This document shows positions 9,669-17,954 of a stretch of 64,000 nucleotides of DNA, in pieces. The notes under the pieces were generated by a model. That model was given only the letters and a program-made list of their open reading frames with translations, was not told the origin of the DNA and did no database searches. Made by a program: the position numbers and the translations under genes. Source of the DNA: Bacteroidales bacterium UBA4181. GTDB lineage: Bacteria; Bacteroidota; Bacteroidia; Bacteroidales; UBA4181. The stretch lies in NCBI GenBank assembly GCA_002380425.1, contig DFUR01000105.1:7614-71613 (forward strand), in the 5' to 3' direction. Numbering within the stretch: position 1 is the first letter of the stretch; every line of letters starts with the position of its first letter.

Positions 9669-10664
9669 ATGAGCGATCCGGTCAATATTAAGGAACTCAA
9701 CGAGCGTATCCAGCAGGAAAGCGCCTTTGTGGACATGATCATGGTGGAAATGAACAAGGTCATTGTCGGACAGAAGCACTTGCTGGAAAGTCTGCTCATC
9801 GCATTGCTGTCTGACGGACATATTCTCCTTGAGGGAGTCCCCGGACTGGCAAAAACGCTGGCCATCAAAACCCTTTCGGATACCATTGAGGCCCGCTTCA
9901 GCAGGATACAGTTCACCCCCGACCTTTTGCCCGCTGACCTGGTAGGAACCATGGTGTACAGCCACAAAAGCGAAGAATTTCTGGTGAAGAAGGGTCCTGT
10001 TTTTGCACATTTCGTGTTGGCTGACGAGATCAACCGTTCTCCCGCAAAGGTTCAGAGTGCGCTGCTCGAAGCCATGCAGGAGAAGCAGGTGACCATCGGC
10101 CCGAACACCTATCCTTTGGAGCAGCCCTTCCTGGTGCTGGCCACCCAGAACCCTATTGAGCAGGAGGGAACCTATCCCCTCCCCGAAGCCCAGGTGGACC
10201 GTTTTATGCTCAAGGTCATCGTGGATTATCCCCGCAAGGAAGAGGAGCGGATGATTATCCGTCAGAACCTTTCGGCCGGGACGCCCCGTGCTTCGGTCGT
10301 CATGAATCCCGCCCAGATTCTTGCGGCCCGGGAGCTGGTCCGCCAGGTGTATATGGACGAAAAGATTGAACGATATATCCTTGATTTGGTTTTTGCCACC
10401 CGTTTCCCTGCTGAATACAAACTTAACAAGATGCAGTCCCTGATTGCTTTCGGTGGTTCACCCCGTGCCAGCATCTGCCTGGCCCGGGCAGCAAAGGCCT
10501 ATGCATTCATCAAACGCAGGGGTTATGTGATTCCTGAGGATGTCCGCGCAGTGTGCTACGATGTGCTCCGCCATCGTATCGGGATGACTTATGAGGCAGA
10601 AGCTGAGAATGTTACTTCGGTTGACATCATCACCGGAATTTTGGATGCGGTGGAAGTTCCTTAG
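9669..10664 (+). CDS. moxR: MoxR-family AAA+ ATPase (first gene of the Bat operon)
   Basis: Walker A is LEGVPGLAKT and Walker B/sensor is LADEINRSPAKVQSALLEAMQE. The ATQNPIEQEGTYPLPEAQVDRF segment is also typical of MoxR. Confidence 0.95.
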   Translation: MSDPVNIKELNERIQQESAFVDMIMVEMNKVIVGQKHLLESLLIALLSDGHILLEGVPGLAKTLAIKTLSDTIEARFSRIQFTPDLLPADLVGTMVYSHKSEEFLVKKGPVFAHFVLADEINRSPAKVQSALLEAMQEKQVTIGPNTYPLEQPFLVLATQNPIEQEGTYPLPEAQVDRFMLKVIVDYPRKEEERMIIRQNLSAGTPRASVVMNPAQILAARELVRQVYMDEKIERYILDLVFATRFPAEYKLNKMQSLIAFGGSPRASICLARAAKAYAFIKRRGYVIPEDVRAVCYDVLRHRIGMTYEAEAENVTSVDIITGILDAVEVP

Positions 10665-11534
10665 TTGGCTATGGAAGCAGCAGAGCTCATAAAAAAGGTA
10701 CGGAAGATTGAAATCAAGACACGCGGACTTTCCCGCCAGATCTTTGCCGGAGAGTATCAGAGCGTGTTTAAAGGCCGGGGTATGGCTTTCAGTGAGGTCC
10801 GCGAATATCAGTATGGTGATGATATCCGGAATATTGACTGGAATGTGACCGCCCGTTTTGACCGTCCTTATGTCAAAGTGTTTGAAGAAGAGCGGGAACT
10901 GACTGTGATGTTGCTCGTGGATATCAGCGGTTCGGGAGATTTTGGTACTCAGGAAAAATTCAAGCGCACCCTTATGGCGGAACTGGCTGCAGTCCTTTCC
11001 TTTTCGGCCATTCAGAACAACGATAAGGTGGGGGTGATTCTCTTTTCGGATCGGGTGGAAAAGTTCATTCCACCCAAGAAAGGCCGGCAACACATCCTCC
11101 GGGTGATCCGGGAGTTGATCGACTATGAGGCGTCCAGCCGGGCTACGGATGTCTCGGCTGCCCTGAAATATTTCACCAATGCCATCAACAAACGGTGTAC
11201 GGCTTTCCTGATTTCTGATCTGATTTCACCTCCTTTTGAGGAGTCCCTGCGGATTGCCTCCCGAAAGCACGATGTGATGGCCCTGAGGATTCTGGACTCC
11301 AGAGAGGCTTCGTTGCCGCCCCTGGGCCTGATGAAGATGCGGGATGCCGAGTCCGGACGCGAGATGTGGGTGGACACTTCCAGCCGCGCGGTGCAAAGGG
11401 CCTATGCCGAATGGTGGGTAGGGCTTCAGAGCCGGATAGATGCCACCCTGATGCGTTGCGGAGTGGACGCAGCCATGATTCGCACGGGCGAGGACTATGT
11501 GAAACCCTTGATGAAGTTGTTTAAACTACGATAG
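10665..11534 (+). CDS. DUF58 (VWA-like) protein, MoxR partner
   Basis: It carries the DUF58 signature REYQYGDDIRNIDWNVTAR followed by LLVDISGS. The start is either TTG 10665 or ATG 10671, immediately after the moxR stop. Confidence 0.9.
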   Translation: MAMEAAELIKKVRKIEIKTRGLSRQIFAGEYQSVFKGRGMAFSEVREYQYGDDIRNIDWNVTARFDRPYVKVFEEERELTVMLLVDISGSGDFGTQEKFKRTLMAELAAVLSFSAIQNNDKVGVILFSDRVEKFIPPKKGRQHILRVIRELIDYEASSRATDVSAALKYFTNAINKRCTAFLISDLISPPFEESLRIASRKHDVMALRILDSREASLPPLGLMKMRDAESGREMWVDTSSRAVQRAYAEWWVGLQSRIDATLMRCGVDAAMIRTGEDYVKPLMKLFKLR

Positions 11535-12572
11535 ATGAGATTCTGGCTATTCGTTTGGTCTTTGTTTTTTGCCGCCGTGGTGCATGGACAGTCTCCCGGG
11601 GTGTCTGCCTCTCTGGACTCCACCCGTATGCTGGTAGGGGATCAGGTCTGGCTTAGGCTTCAGGTGGAGCTGCCCCGTGAGGGGAGCCTTGTGTGGCCAC
11701 AGTGGCGCGACACCCTCACCTCCGGGATTGAGGTGCTGCGTACCGACTCGCTTGTCCGAAGAAAGCAGGGGAAAGAAGGCGTGGTGTATTCCCAGAACTT
11801 GTTGCTCACCTGCTTTGATAGTGGTACCCACCGGATTCCCCCTCAGAAATTTGTTGTGGATACCGATACCCTGTGGTCCCTGCCATTGTTGCTTGAGGTG
11901 ATGCCAGTGACCGTGGATATGCAACAGGGCATCAAGGACATCAAACCCTTGCGGAAGGTCCCTCTAACGTTTTCCGAAGTGCTTCCCTGGGCGGGTGGTG
12001 TATTGCTCCTGCTGTTGCTGATTATGGGATGGCGTTGGTACGCCCGCCGGCGCCGGCGGGTACAAGCCAATTCCTCCGGTCCCTCTCTCCCTCCGGATGT
12101 TTTGGCCCTGAACCAGCTTGAAGCGTTGCGTGTCGCCCGTCTGTGGCAAAAAGGACGGGTCAAGGAACACTACACCCGCCTGACGGACATTCTCAGACAG
12201 TATCTGGATGCCCGCTTCGACATCAGTGCCCCGGAAATGACCAGTGAGGAGTTATTGAGACAACTCAAGAAATCTCCGGATGTCTCCGCCGATTGGCAAC
12301 ATAGGATGCGGGATTTGCTTACCTGTGCGGATCTTGCCAAGTTCGCACGTCATCAGCCTGAACCGCTCGAGAACGAGCGTTATGTGGAAACTGTTGCCAG
12401 CTTTGTGCAAGAAACCCGGCGGGTATCGGAACCGGCTGTACCCGCTGACAATTCTCATGTGGAGGGTGTGCCCTCTTCGGAGTTTGTTCCTTCAGGGGGG
12501 ATTGCTCCCTCTGAAGCGACATCAATGGAGGGAACACCTAATGAAGTTACCGGCGGGAGGGCAAAGCTATGA
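11535..12572 (+). CDS. BatD-like single-pass membrane protein (third gene of the Bat operon)
   Basis: It has a signal peptide (MRFWLFVWSLFFAAVVHGQ), a BatD-like N-domain (LDSTRMLVGDQVWLRLQVELP), a TM helix followed by RRRRR, and a helical tail ending in CADLAKFARHQPEP that parallels the BatD tail TAEFARYAPA. Confidence 0.6.
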   Translation: MRFWLFVWSLFFAAVVHGQSPGVSASLDSTRMLVGDQVWLRLQVELPREGSLVWPQWRDTLTSGIEVLRTDSLVRRKQGKEGVVYSQNLLLTCFDSGTHRIPPQKFVVDTDTLWSLPLLLEVMPVTVDMQQGIKDIKPLRKVPLTFSEVLPWAGGVLLLLLLIMGWRWYARRRRRVQANSSGPSLPPDVLALNQLEALRVARLWQKGRVKEHYTRLTDILRQYLDARFDISAPEMTSEELLRQLKKSPDVSADWQHRMRDLLTCADLAKFARHQPEPLENERYVETVASFVQETRRVSEPAVPADNSHVEGVPSSEFVPSGGIAPSEATSMEGTPNEVTGGRAKL

Positions 12573-13561
12573 GTGCGATTACTTTTGCTCAACCCTATTT
12601 TCTCTGGCTCCTGATCCCCTGGGCCATTTTGCCCGTGTGGTATATTCTGAGACGCCACCGGATGCAACCCTCTTTGCAGGTTCCGTCCCTGCAGGGTTTC
12701 TCGGGCGCTCGTTCTCTACGTCCTGTACTGCAACATGCCCTGTTTGTTTTGCGGGTTCTGGTACTGGCACTGCTGATTATTCTGCTCTCACGCCCTCAGT
12801 CATCCAATCAGTGGACCGAACAAACTACAGAGGGGATTGACATCGTGCTGGCTCTGGACATCTCGGGAAGCATGCTGGCCATGGACTTTCAGCCCGATCG
12901 GCTGGAGGCTGCCAAGGACGTGGCTATTTCCTTTATCTCCGGACGGCCCAACGACCGTATCGGGCTGGTAGTATTCAGCGGAGAGAGCTTTACCCAGTGT
13001 CCTCTTACTACCGATCATGCGGTGCTGATGAATTTGTTTCGCAATATCCGCAGCGGAATGATCGAAGACGGAACCGCTATTGGCCTGGGGCTTGCCAATG
13101 CTGTGAGCCGCATCAAGGACAGTCCTTCACAGAGTAAGGTAATCATTCTGCTTACCGATGGAGTGAACAATATGGGCTCGGTCGCTCCCCTGACCGCTGC
13201 CGAGATCGCCAAATCGTTCGGAATCCGGGTGTACACCGTGGGTATAGGGTCCATGGGCATGGCATCTTACCCGGTGCAGACTCCTTATGGCGTTCAGTTG
13301 CAGACTATGGAAACCGAGATTGACGAGGAAGTATTGCAGGGGATTGCCTCGCTGACCGGGGGCAAGTACTTTCGGGCCACAGATAATGAAAAGCTTCAGT
13401 CCATCTATGCCGAGATTGACCAGATGGAACGTTCGCTGATCCGTGTGGAAGAGTTCAAAAAGAAAAAGGAAGAATATCTGCCATTTGCCTTGGCAGCTCT
13501 GGGCCTTTTGCTGGCAGAGCTTGTGTTGAGATACACCTATTTAAGATCTTTACCCTCATGA
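12569..13561 (+). CDS. batA: VWA-domain membrane protein BatA
   Basis: It has N-terminal TM helices, the MIDAS motif DISGSM in a VWA domain, and a C-terminal TM helix. ATGA overlaps occur on both sides. Confidence 0.85.
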   Translation: MSAITFAQPYFLWLLIPWAILPVWYILRRHRMQPSLQVPSLQGFSGARSLRPVLQHALFVLRVLVLALLIILLSRPQSSNQWTEQTTEGIDIVLALDISGSMLAMDFQPDRLEAAKDVAISFISGRPNDRIGLVVFSGESFTQCPLTTDHAVLMNLFRNIRSGMIEDGTAIGLGLANAVSRIKDSPSQSKVIILLTDGVNNMGSVAPLTAAEIAKSFGIRVYTVGIGSMGMASYPVQTPYGVQLQTMETEIDEEVLQGIASLTGGKYFRATDNEKLQSIYAEIDQMERSLIRVEEFKKKKEEYLPFALAALGLLLAELVLRYTYLRSLPS

Positions 13562-14589
13562 TGTTTCAGTTTGCACATCCAGCTTTGTTGTATGCGCTGG
13601 CGGCCATTCCGCTGCTGACGATTCTGTTCGTGCTGTCCGTTCTGAGCCGCAACCGCCGTATCAGAATGTACGGTGACCCTGCGCTGGTACGTTTGTTGAT
13701 GCCGGAGTTCTCACACCGGAAACCCTGGGTGAAATTCGTGTTGCTGATGTGCTCTCTCTCCTTCCTGATTTTAGCCATGGCCGGTCCCAGGTACGGTACC
13801 CGGGTGCAAAATCTGCGGAAGAAAGGCTCTGAGATCATCATCGCTCTGGATGTTTCCAACAGCATGCTGGCCGGGGATATCCAGCCCAACCGTCTGGAAC
13901 GCTCCAAACAGGCCATTTCGCGGCTGGTGGACAGGCTTGGAGACGATAAGATCGGCTTGATTGTTTTTGCCGGAGAAGCCTATACCCAGTTGCCCGTAAC
14001 TACTGATTATGTGTCGGCCAAGATGTTTCTGTCCACCATTCAGCCCGATTTGGTTCCTGTTCAGGGAACGGCCATCGGGAGGGCACTTGATCTGGCCCTG
14101 AAATCCTTTTCCCCTAATGCCGCTTCGGGTAAGGCCATTATTGTGATTACCGATGGGGAAAACCATGAGGATGATCCTGTCGCCTCTGCTGCACGTGCAG
14201 CAGAGCAGGGAGTACAGGTACACGCTGTGGGTGTCGGATCTCCGCAAGGAACTCCGATCCCGGTGCCAGGGACTGCCGGTCGGGAATTCTGGAAGGATGC
14301 CTCCGGGAACGTGGTGCTCAGCCGGCTGGATGAGCAGGTGCTTCGTCAGATGACTGAAGCCGGTAAGGGTGTCTATGTGCGTGCAAGCGCTGCCAATATG
14401 GGGCTCAATACTCTGTTTGAGGAAATCAATCGTCTCAAACGTTCAGAGTATGATGTGAAAGTGTACACTGATTATGCAGAGGTTTATCCGTGGGCCATTG
14501 GGGTGTCGCTGATGTTTCTGCTTTTGGAACTGATTATTTCGAACCGTCGTAATAAATTTCGTCTTGCGCAATGGAATATCGTAAGTTGA
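13558..14589 (+). CDS. batB: VWA-domain membrane protein BatB
   Basis: It is a paralogue of BatA, with MIDAS motif DVSNSM, VITDGENHEDD, and a C-terminal TM helix. Confidence 0.85.
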   Translation: MMFQFAHPALLYALAAIPLLTILFVLSVLSRNRRIRMYGDPALVRLLMPEFSHRKPWVKFVLLMCSLSFLILAMAGPRYGTRVQNLRKKGSEIIIALDVSNSMLAGDIQPNRLERSKQAISRLVDRLGDDKIGLIVFAGEAYTQLPVTTDYVSAKMFLSTIQPDLVPVQGTAIGRALDLALKSFSPNAASGKAIIVITDGENHEDDPVASAARAAEQGVQVHAVGVGSPQGTPIPVPGTAGREFWKDASGNVVLSRLDEQVLRQMTEAGKGVYVRASAANMGLNTLFEEINRLKRSEYDVKVYTDYAEVYPWAIGVSLMFLLLELIISNRRNKFRLAQWNIVS

Positions 14590-15371
14590 TATGTTTGTGC
14601 TGCGCCCTTTGGCTTTGGCTCCCTGGAATATCGGGCGTGTTGGCACAGAGTGCCCGCAAGGACATTCGTGAAGGGAATCGTTTGTTTGAGAAGGATCAGT
14701 ATCCTCAGGCCGAGATTTCCTACCGTAAGGCATTGGAGCGCGATCCGCAATCGGTTACGGGGGCATTCAATCTGTCTAACTCGCTGTACCGGCAAAAAAA
14801 GTTTGATGAGGCTGGTGCTGGTTTTCGTAAGGCAGCCGATGCCCTTCCGCCCGGATCGGAACAGGCAGCAGCATGGTACAATATGGGCAACAGCATGGTG
14901 GAGCAGCAGAAACTTCAGGAGGCCGTTGAATCCTACAAGCAGTCTCTGCGTCAGAATCCTGGCGATATGGATGCCAAGTACAATCTGGAATATGCCCGCC
15001 GGCTTCTGAAGCAGCAGCAACAACAACAGCAGGATCAGGATCAACAACAGAAGGACCAGAACAAGGACCAGAAGGATCAGCAGGATCAAAAGAACCAGCA
15101 GGATCAGCAGGATCAGAACAAGGACCAGAACAAGGACCAGCAGGATCAAAAGAACCAGCAGGACCAGAATAAGGATCAGAACAAGGATCAGCAGAACCAG
15201 CAGAATCCGTCCGATGCTCCCTCCGGTCAGCCTCGTGAATCTTCGGGAGCCATTGATCAAAAAGATGCCCAAAGGTTGCTTGAGGCGATACAGAATGACG
15301 AAAAAGCCGTGCAGGAGAAAGTGCAGCGTCAGATGAACAGACAAACCCGACAACTGGATAAGAACTGGTAA
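14571..15371 (+). CDS. batC: TPR-repeat protein BatC with a Q/D/K/N-rich low-complexity tail
   Basis: It has a signal peptide, TPR repeats (AEISYRKALERDPQS, YNMGNSMVEQQKLQEAVESYKQSLRQNP) and a roughly 65-aa QDQNKDQ low-complexity tract. Confidence 0.75.
   Translation: MEYRKLICLCCALWLWLPGISGVLAQSARKDIREGNRLFEKDQYPQAEISYRKALERDPQSVTGAFNLSNSLYRQKKFDEAGAGFRKAADALPPGSEQAAAWYNMGNSMVEQQKLQEAVESYKQSLRQNPGDMDAKYNLEYARRLLKQQQQQQQDQDQQQKDQNKDQKDQQDQKNQQDQQDQNKDQNKDQQDQKNQQDQNKDQNKDQQNQQNPSDAPSGQPRESSGAIDQKDAQRLLEAIQNDEKAVQEKVQRQMNRQTRQLDKNW
15012..15206 (+). repeat. imperfect in-frame tandem repeat (CAG/GAT/GAC/AAG/AAC codons, about 57-nt super-unit) inside batC
   Basis: Near-duplicate units (gaccagaacaaggaccag...caggatcaaaagaaccagcagga(t/c)cag) occur twice. 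They encode QQQQQQDQDQQQKDQNKDQKDQQDQKNQQDQQDQNKDQNKDQQDQKNQQDQNKDQNKDQQNQQN. Confidence 0.85.
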
Positions 15372-15374
15372 GAT

Positions 15375-17192
15375 ATGAGAACATTTTTTGCATCGCTCCT
15401 GTTTTGTGTGTTGTCCGTTTCGGCTTTTGGCCAGAGCAATATTTCGGCAACCGCTGGCGGACCGCGTCAGGTGCAGACCGGTGCGCAATTCGCCGTTGAA
15501 TTTGCGGTGAATGTCCGTCCTGAATCTATTCAACCTCCTGACTTCAAGGGTTTTGCTGTCGTTGGAGGGCCCATGGTTTCTTCCAGCCGGAACATCAGCA
15601 TTGTGAACGGCCGGATGCAGGAAGAAGCATCCTATACCTACACCTATTATCTTCAGGGCCTTCGTGCCGGTGTTTTTCCCGTGGGTGCAGCAACTTTTAG
15701 CATTCAGGGAAAATCATACGCTACCAATACCCTGAGTATCGAGGTAGTTCAGGGCCCGTCCTCCCCAGCATCCGGATCGACACCTGCCCGGCCACAGGCC
15801 CAATCTGCTGCCCCTGCCGCAACCGGTCAAAAGATATTTTTGCGTACACTTCTGGACAAAACCACTGTTTATCAAGGGGAACCCATCTCGGCGACCATCA
15901 AGTTGTATTCTTCCACCCAGATATCCCAGACCACTGACGCGACCTTCCCTCCCTTTGACGGGTTTTACGCCCACGAAGTGAAGATTCCCTTACCCGACCA
16001 TCTGGATCCCGAAGAAGTGGATGGAGCCACCTATGGCTCTGCTGTGATCCGCAAATACACTCTGTTCCCACAGAAAAGCGGCAAGATTGTGATTGCTGCT
16101 CCCTCCATGAAGGTGGTGGTGCCGCAGAGGATTGCTCCCAGTGCGTCCAGTTTCTGGGATGATTTTTTCGGGTCCTCCGTTCAGCCGGTGGAAATGGATG
16201 TCCCGGGAACATCCCGTACCGTTCAGGTACTTCCCCTGCCCGAGGGAAAACCAGAGTCCTTCACCGGGGCCGTCGGCACCTTTACCATCAAGGCGACTCT
16301 GGACAAATTGCAGGCCCGGACCAACGATGCCCTCACGTTTGTACTCACCGTTTCGGGTTCGGGAAATCTCCGGCTTATCGAAGCCCCTGCTGTCAGTTTC
16401 CCTCCGGATTTTGAAGTCTATGACCCCAAGACCACCGTCCAGGCAGGAGCAACGGATGTGTCCGGGTACAAAACCTTTGAGTACCTCATTATCCCCAGAC
16501 ACAGTGGTACATACTCCATTCCCGGGGTTGCCTTTTCCTATTTCGACCCTACTGCACGTCAGTATAAAACACTTTTATCAGAAGGTTTTACCCTTGATAT
16601 CGCTAAGGGTGAAGACCAGGGAACTGGCCCGGCAGTTGTGCGCGGCGTGGACCGTGAAGATGTCCGTTTTCTGGGCAAGGACATTCGGTACATCAAAACC
16701 GTCAAGTATGCCGCATCGAGGGGTGAGAATCTCTTCTTTGGCAGCATTGCTTTTTGGCTCTGGTACCTCATTCCTGCTCTGCTGTCGGGCGCTGCCCTGT
16801 GGTGGCGCAGAAGATATATCCGGATATACTCCGACCAGACGCTCCGCAAGCATTTGCATGCTAGTAAATTTGCGGCCCGAAGATTAAAAAAGGCCCGTTC
16901 CTTTCTGGACGCAAACCAGCGGGAGAGCTTTTTGGAAGAGCTTTCCCGGGCCCTGTGGGGTTATTTGGGAGATAAACTGAATATTCCTGTTTCCGAGCTT
17001 TCACGGGACGCTGCCATGCAGGCCCTTCGTGAGCGGGGCGTGTCAGAGGAAGCGGTGATGGAATGGGTGGTGTTGATTGACACGGCGGAGTTTGCCCGTT
17101 ATGCTCCTGCTGTTGCCGGACAGGATCTCCCCCAGGTGTACGACCGGGCTGTATCCCTTATCAGCAGAATTCAAAAAGAACTGACCAAATAA
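15375..17192 (+). CDS. batD: BatD (oxygen-tolerance) membrane protein
   Basis: 605 aa with a signal peptide and repeated Ig-like BatD domains (LLDKTTVYQGEPISATIKLY). It has a late TM helix (FWLWYLIPALLSGAALWWRRR) and a cytoplasmic helical tail. Confidence 0.8.
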   Translation: MRTFFASLLFCVLSVSAFGQSNISATAGGPRQVQTGAQFAVEFAVNVRPESIQPPDFKGFAVVGGPMVSSSRNISIVNGRMQEEASYTYTYYLQGLRAGVFPVGAATFSIQGKSYATNTLSIEVVQGPSSPASGSTPARPQAQSAAPAATGQKIFLRTLLDKTTVYQGEPISATIKLYSSTQISQTTDATFPPFDGFYAHEVKIPLPDHLDPEEVDGATYGSAVIRKYTLFPQKSGKIVIAAPSMKVVVPQRIAPSASSFWDDFFGSSVQPVEMDVPGTSRTVQVLPLPEGKPESFTGAVGTFTIKATLDKLQARTNDALTFVLTVSGSGNLRLIEAPAVSFPPDFEVYDPKTTVQAGATDVSGYKTFEYLIIPRHSGTYSIPGVAFSYFDPTARQYKTLLSEGFTLDIAKGEDQGTGPAVVRGVDREDVRFLGKDIRYIKTVKYAASRGENLFFGSIAFWLWYLIPALLSGAALWWRRRYIRIYSDQTLRKHLHASKFAARRLKKARSFLDANQRESFLEELSRALWGYLGDKLNIPVSELSRDAAMQALRERGVSEEAVMEWVVLIDTAEFARYAPAVAGQDLPQVYDRAVSLISRIQKELTK

Positions 17193-17201
17193 TGCAATGA
17201 T

Positions 17202-17954
17202 ATGAGAGCGTTCCCATTGTGCCTGTTCCTTTGGTTGTTCCCCGGGTGTCTGTTTTCAGCCCCGTCTCTGTCGGTTGCCGAGGCAGATGAAATGTATGCC
17301 CGCAACGAGTTTCGTCAGGCAGCCACTCTGTATCAGGCTGTCATTGACTCCGGATATCGTTCGGCATCTTTGTACTACAACCTGGGCAATGCCCACTTTA
17401 AACTCAACAACCTGCCCCGGGCTATTCTGAATTACGAGCGTGCCGTCCGTCTGGCACCCCGTGATGAGGCCATCCAGTTCAATCTGGAGTTGTCCCGTTC
17501 CCTGATTTATGACCGCATTGAGCCTGTACCCGAGATGTTCCTGATTGTCTGGGCTCGCCAGGTGCGTGATTTGATGAGTGTCGCAGCCTGGTCCTGGCTG
17601 AGTGTTGTTTTGTTTGTCCTTTTTCTGGGGGCCGCTCTGTCTTTTTTCTTCAGGCCGATGGGCAGGCTGCGCTATCTTTCGTTCTGGGCCGGATTCTGTT
17701 TCTTGTTCATGAGTCTTGCCACTTTTACGGGGGCATGGTTTCAATACAAACACATCACAGCAACCGATGCCGCGATTGTTTTCTCTCCGGTGGTGACGGT
17801 CAAGAGTGCCCCGGGCGAAGGGGGAACCAACCTGTTCATTCTGCACGAAGGAACCCGTGTGCTCATTGACGATGAGGTAGGAGAGTGGCTGGAGATCCGC
17901 ATCCCGGACGGAACCAGGGGGTGGCTCCGAAAGTCGGATGTAGAGATTATCTGA
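17202..17954 (+). CDS. batE: BatE: TPR plus C-terminal SH3-like domain membrane protein
   Basis: It has TPR repeats (LYYNLGNAHFKLNNLPRAILNYERAVRLAP), TM helices, and a C-terminal SH3b-like segment (VKSAPGEGGTNLFILHEGTRVLIDDEVGEWLEIRIPDGTRGWL). Confidence 0.75.
   Translation: MRAFPLCLFLWLFPGCLFSAPSLSVAEADEMYARNEFRQAATLYQAVIDSGYRSASLYYNLGNAHFKLNNLPRAILNYERAVRLAPRDEAIQFNLELSRSLIYDRIEPVPEMFLIVWARQVRDLMSVAAWSWLSVVLFVLFLGAALSFFFRPMGRLRYLSFWAGFCFLFMSLATFTGAWFQYKHITATDAAIVFSPVVTVKSAPGEGGTNLFILHEGTRVLIDDEVGEWLEIRIPDGTRGWLRKSDVEII

Noticed and set aside
15012-15206. A repetitive tract considered as a possible CRISPR array, minisatellite or intergenic repeat.
   Set aside because: The repeat is in-frame inside batC and has no repeat-spacer architecture. 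It encodes a low-complexity Q/D/K/N linker. No CRISPR-like arrays exist anywhere in the window.
14484-15533. A 349-aa minus-strand ORF, extremely rich in Leu/Val/Ile (LLVLLILVLILILVLLVLL...), that looks like a polytopic membrane protein.
   Set aside because: It lies exactly antisense to batC and to the start of batD. Its hydrophobic repeat is the reverse-complement reading of the CAG/GAT/AAG codon repeat. batC has recognisable TPR motifs and operon context, so this is a shadow ORF.
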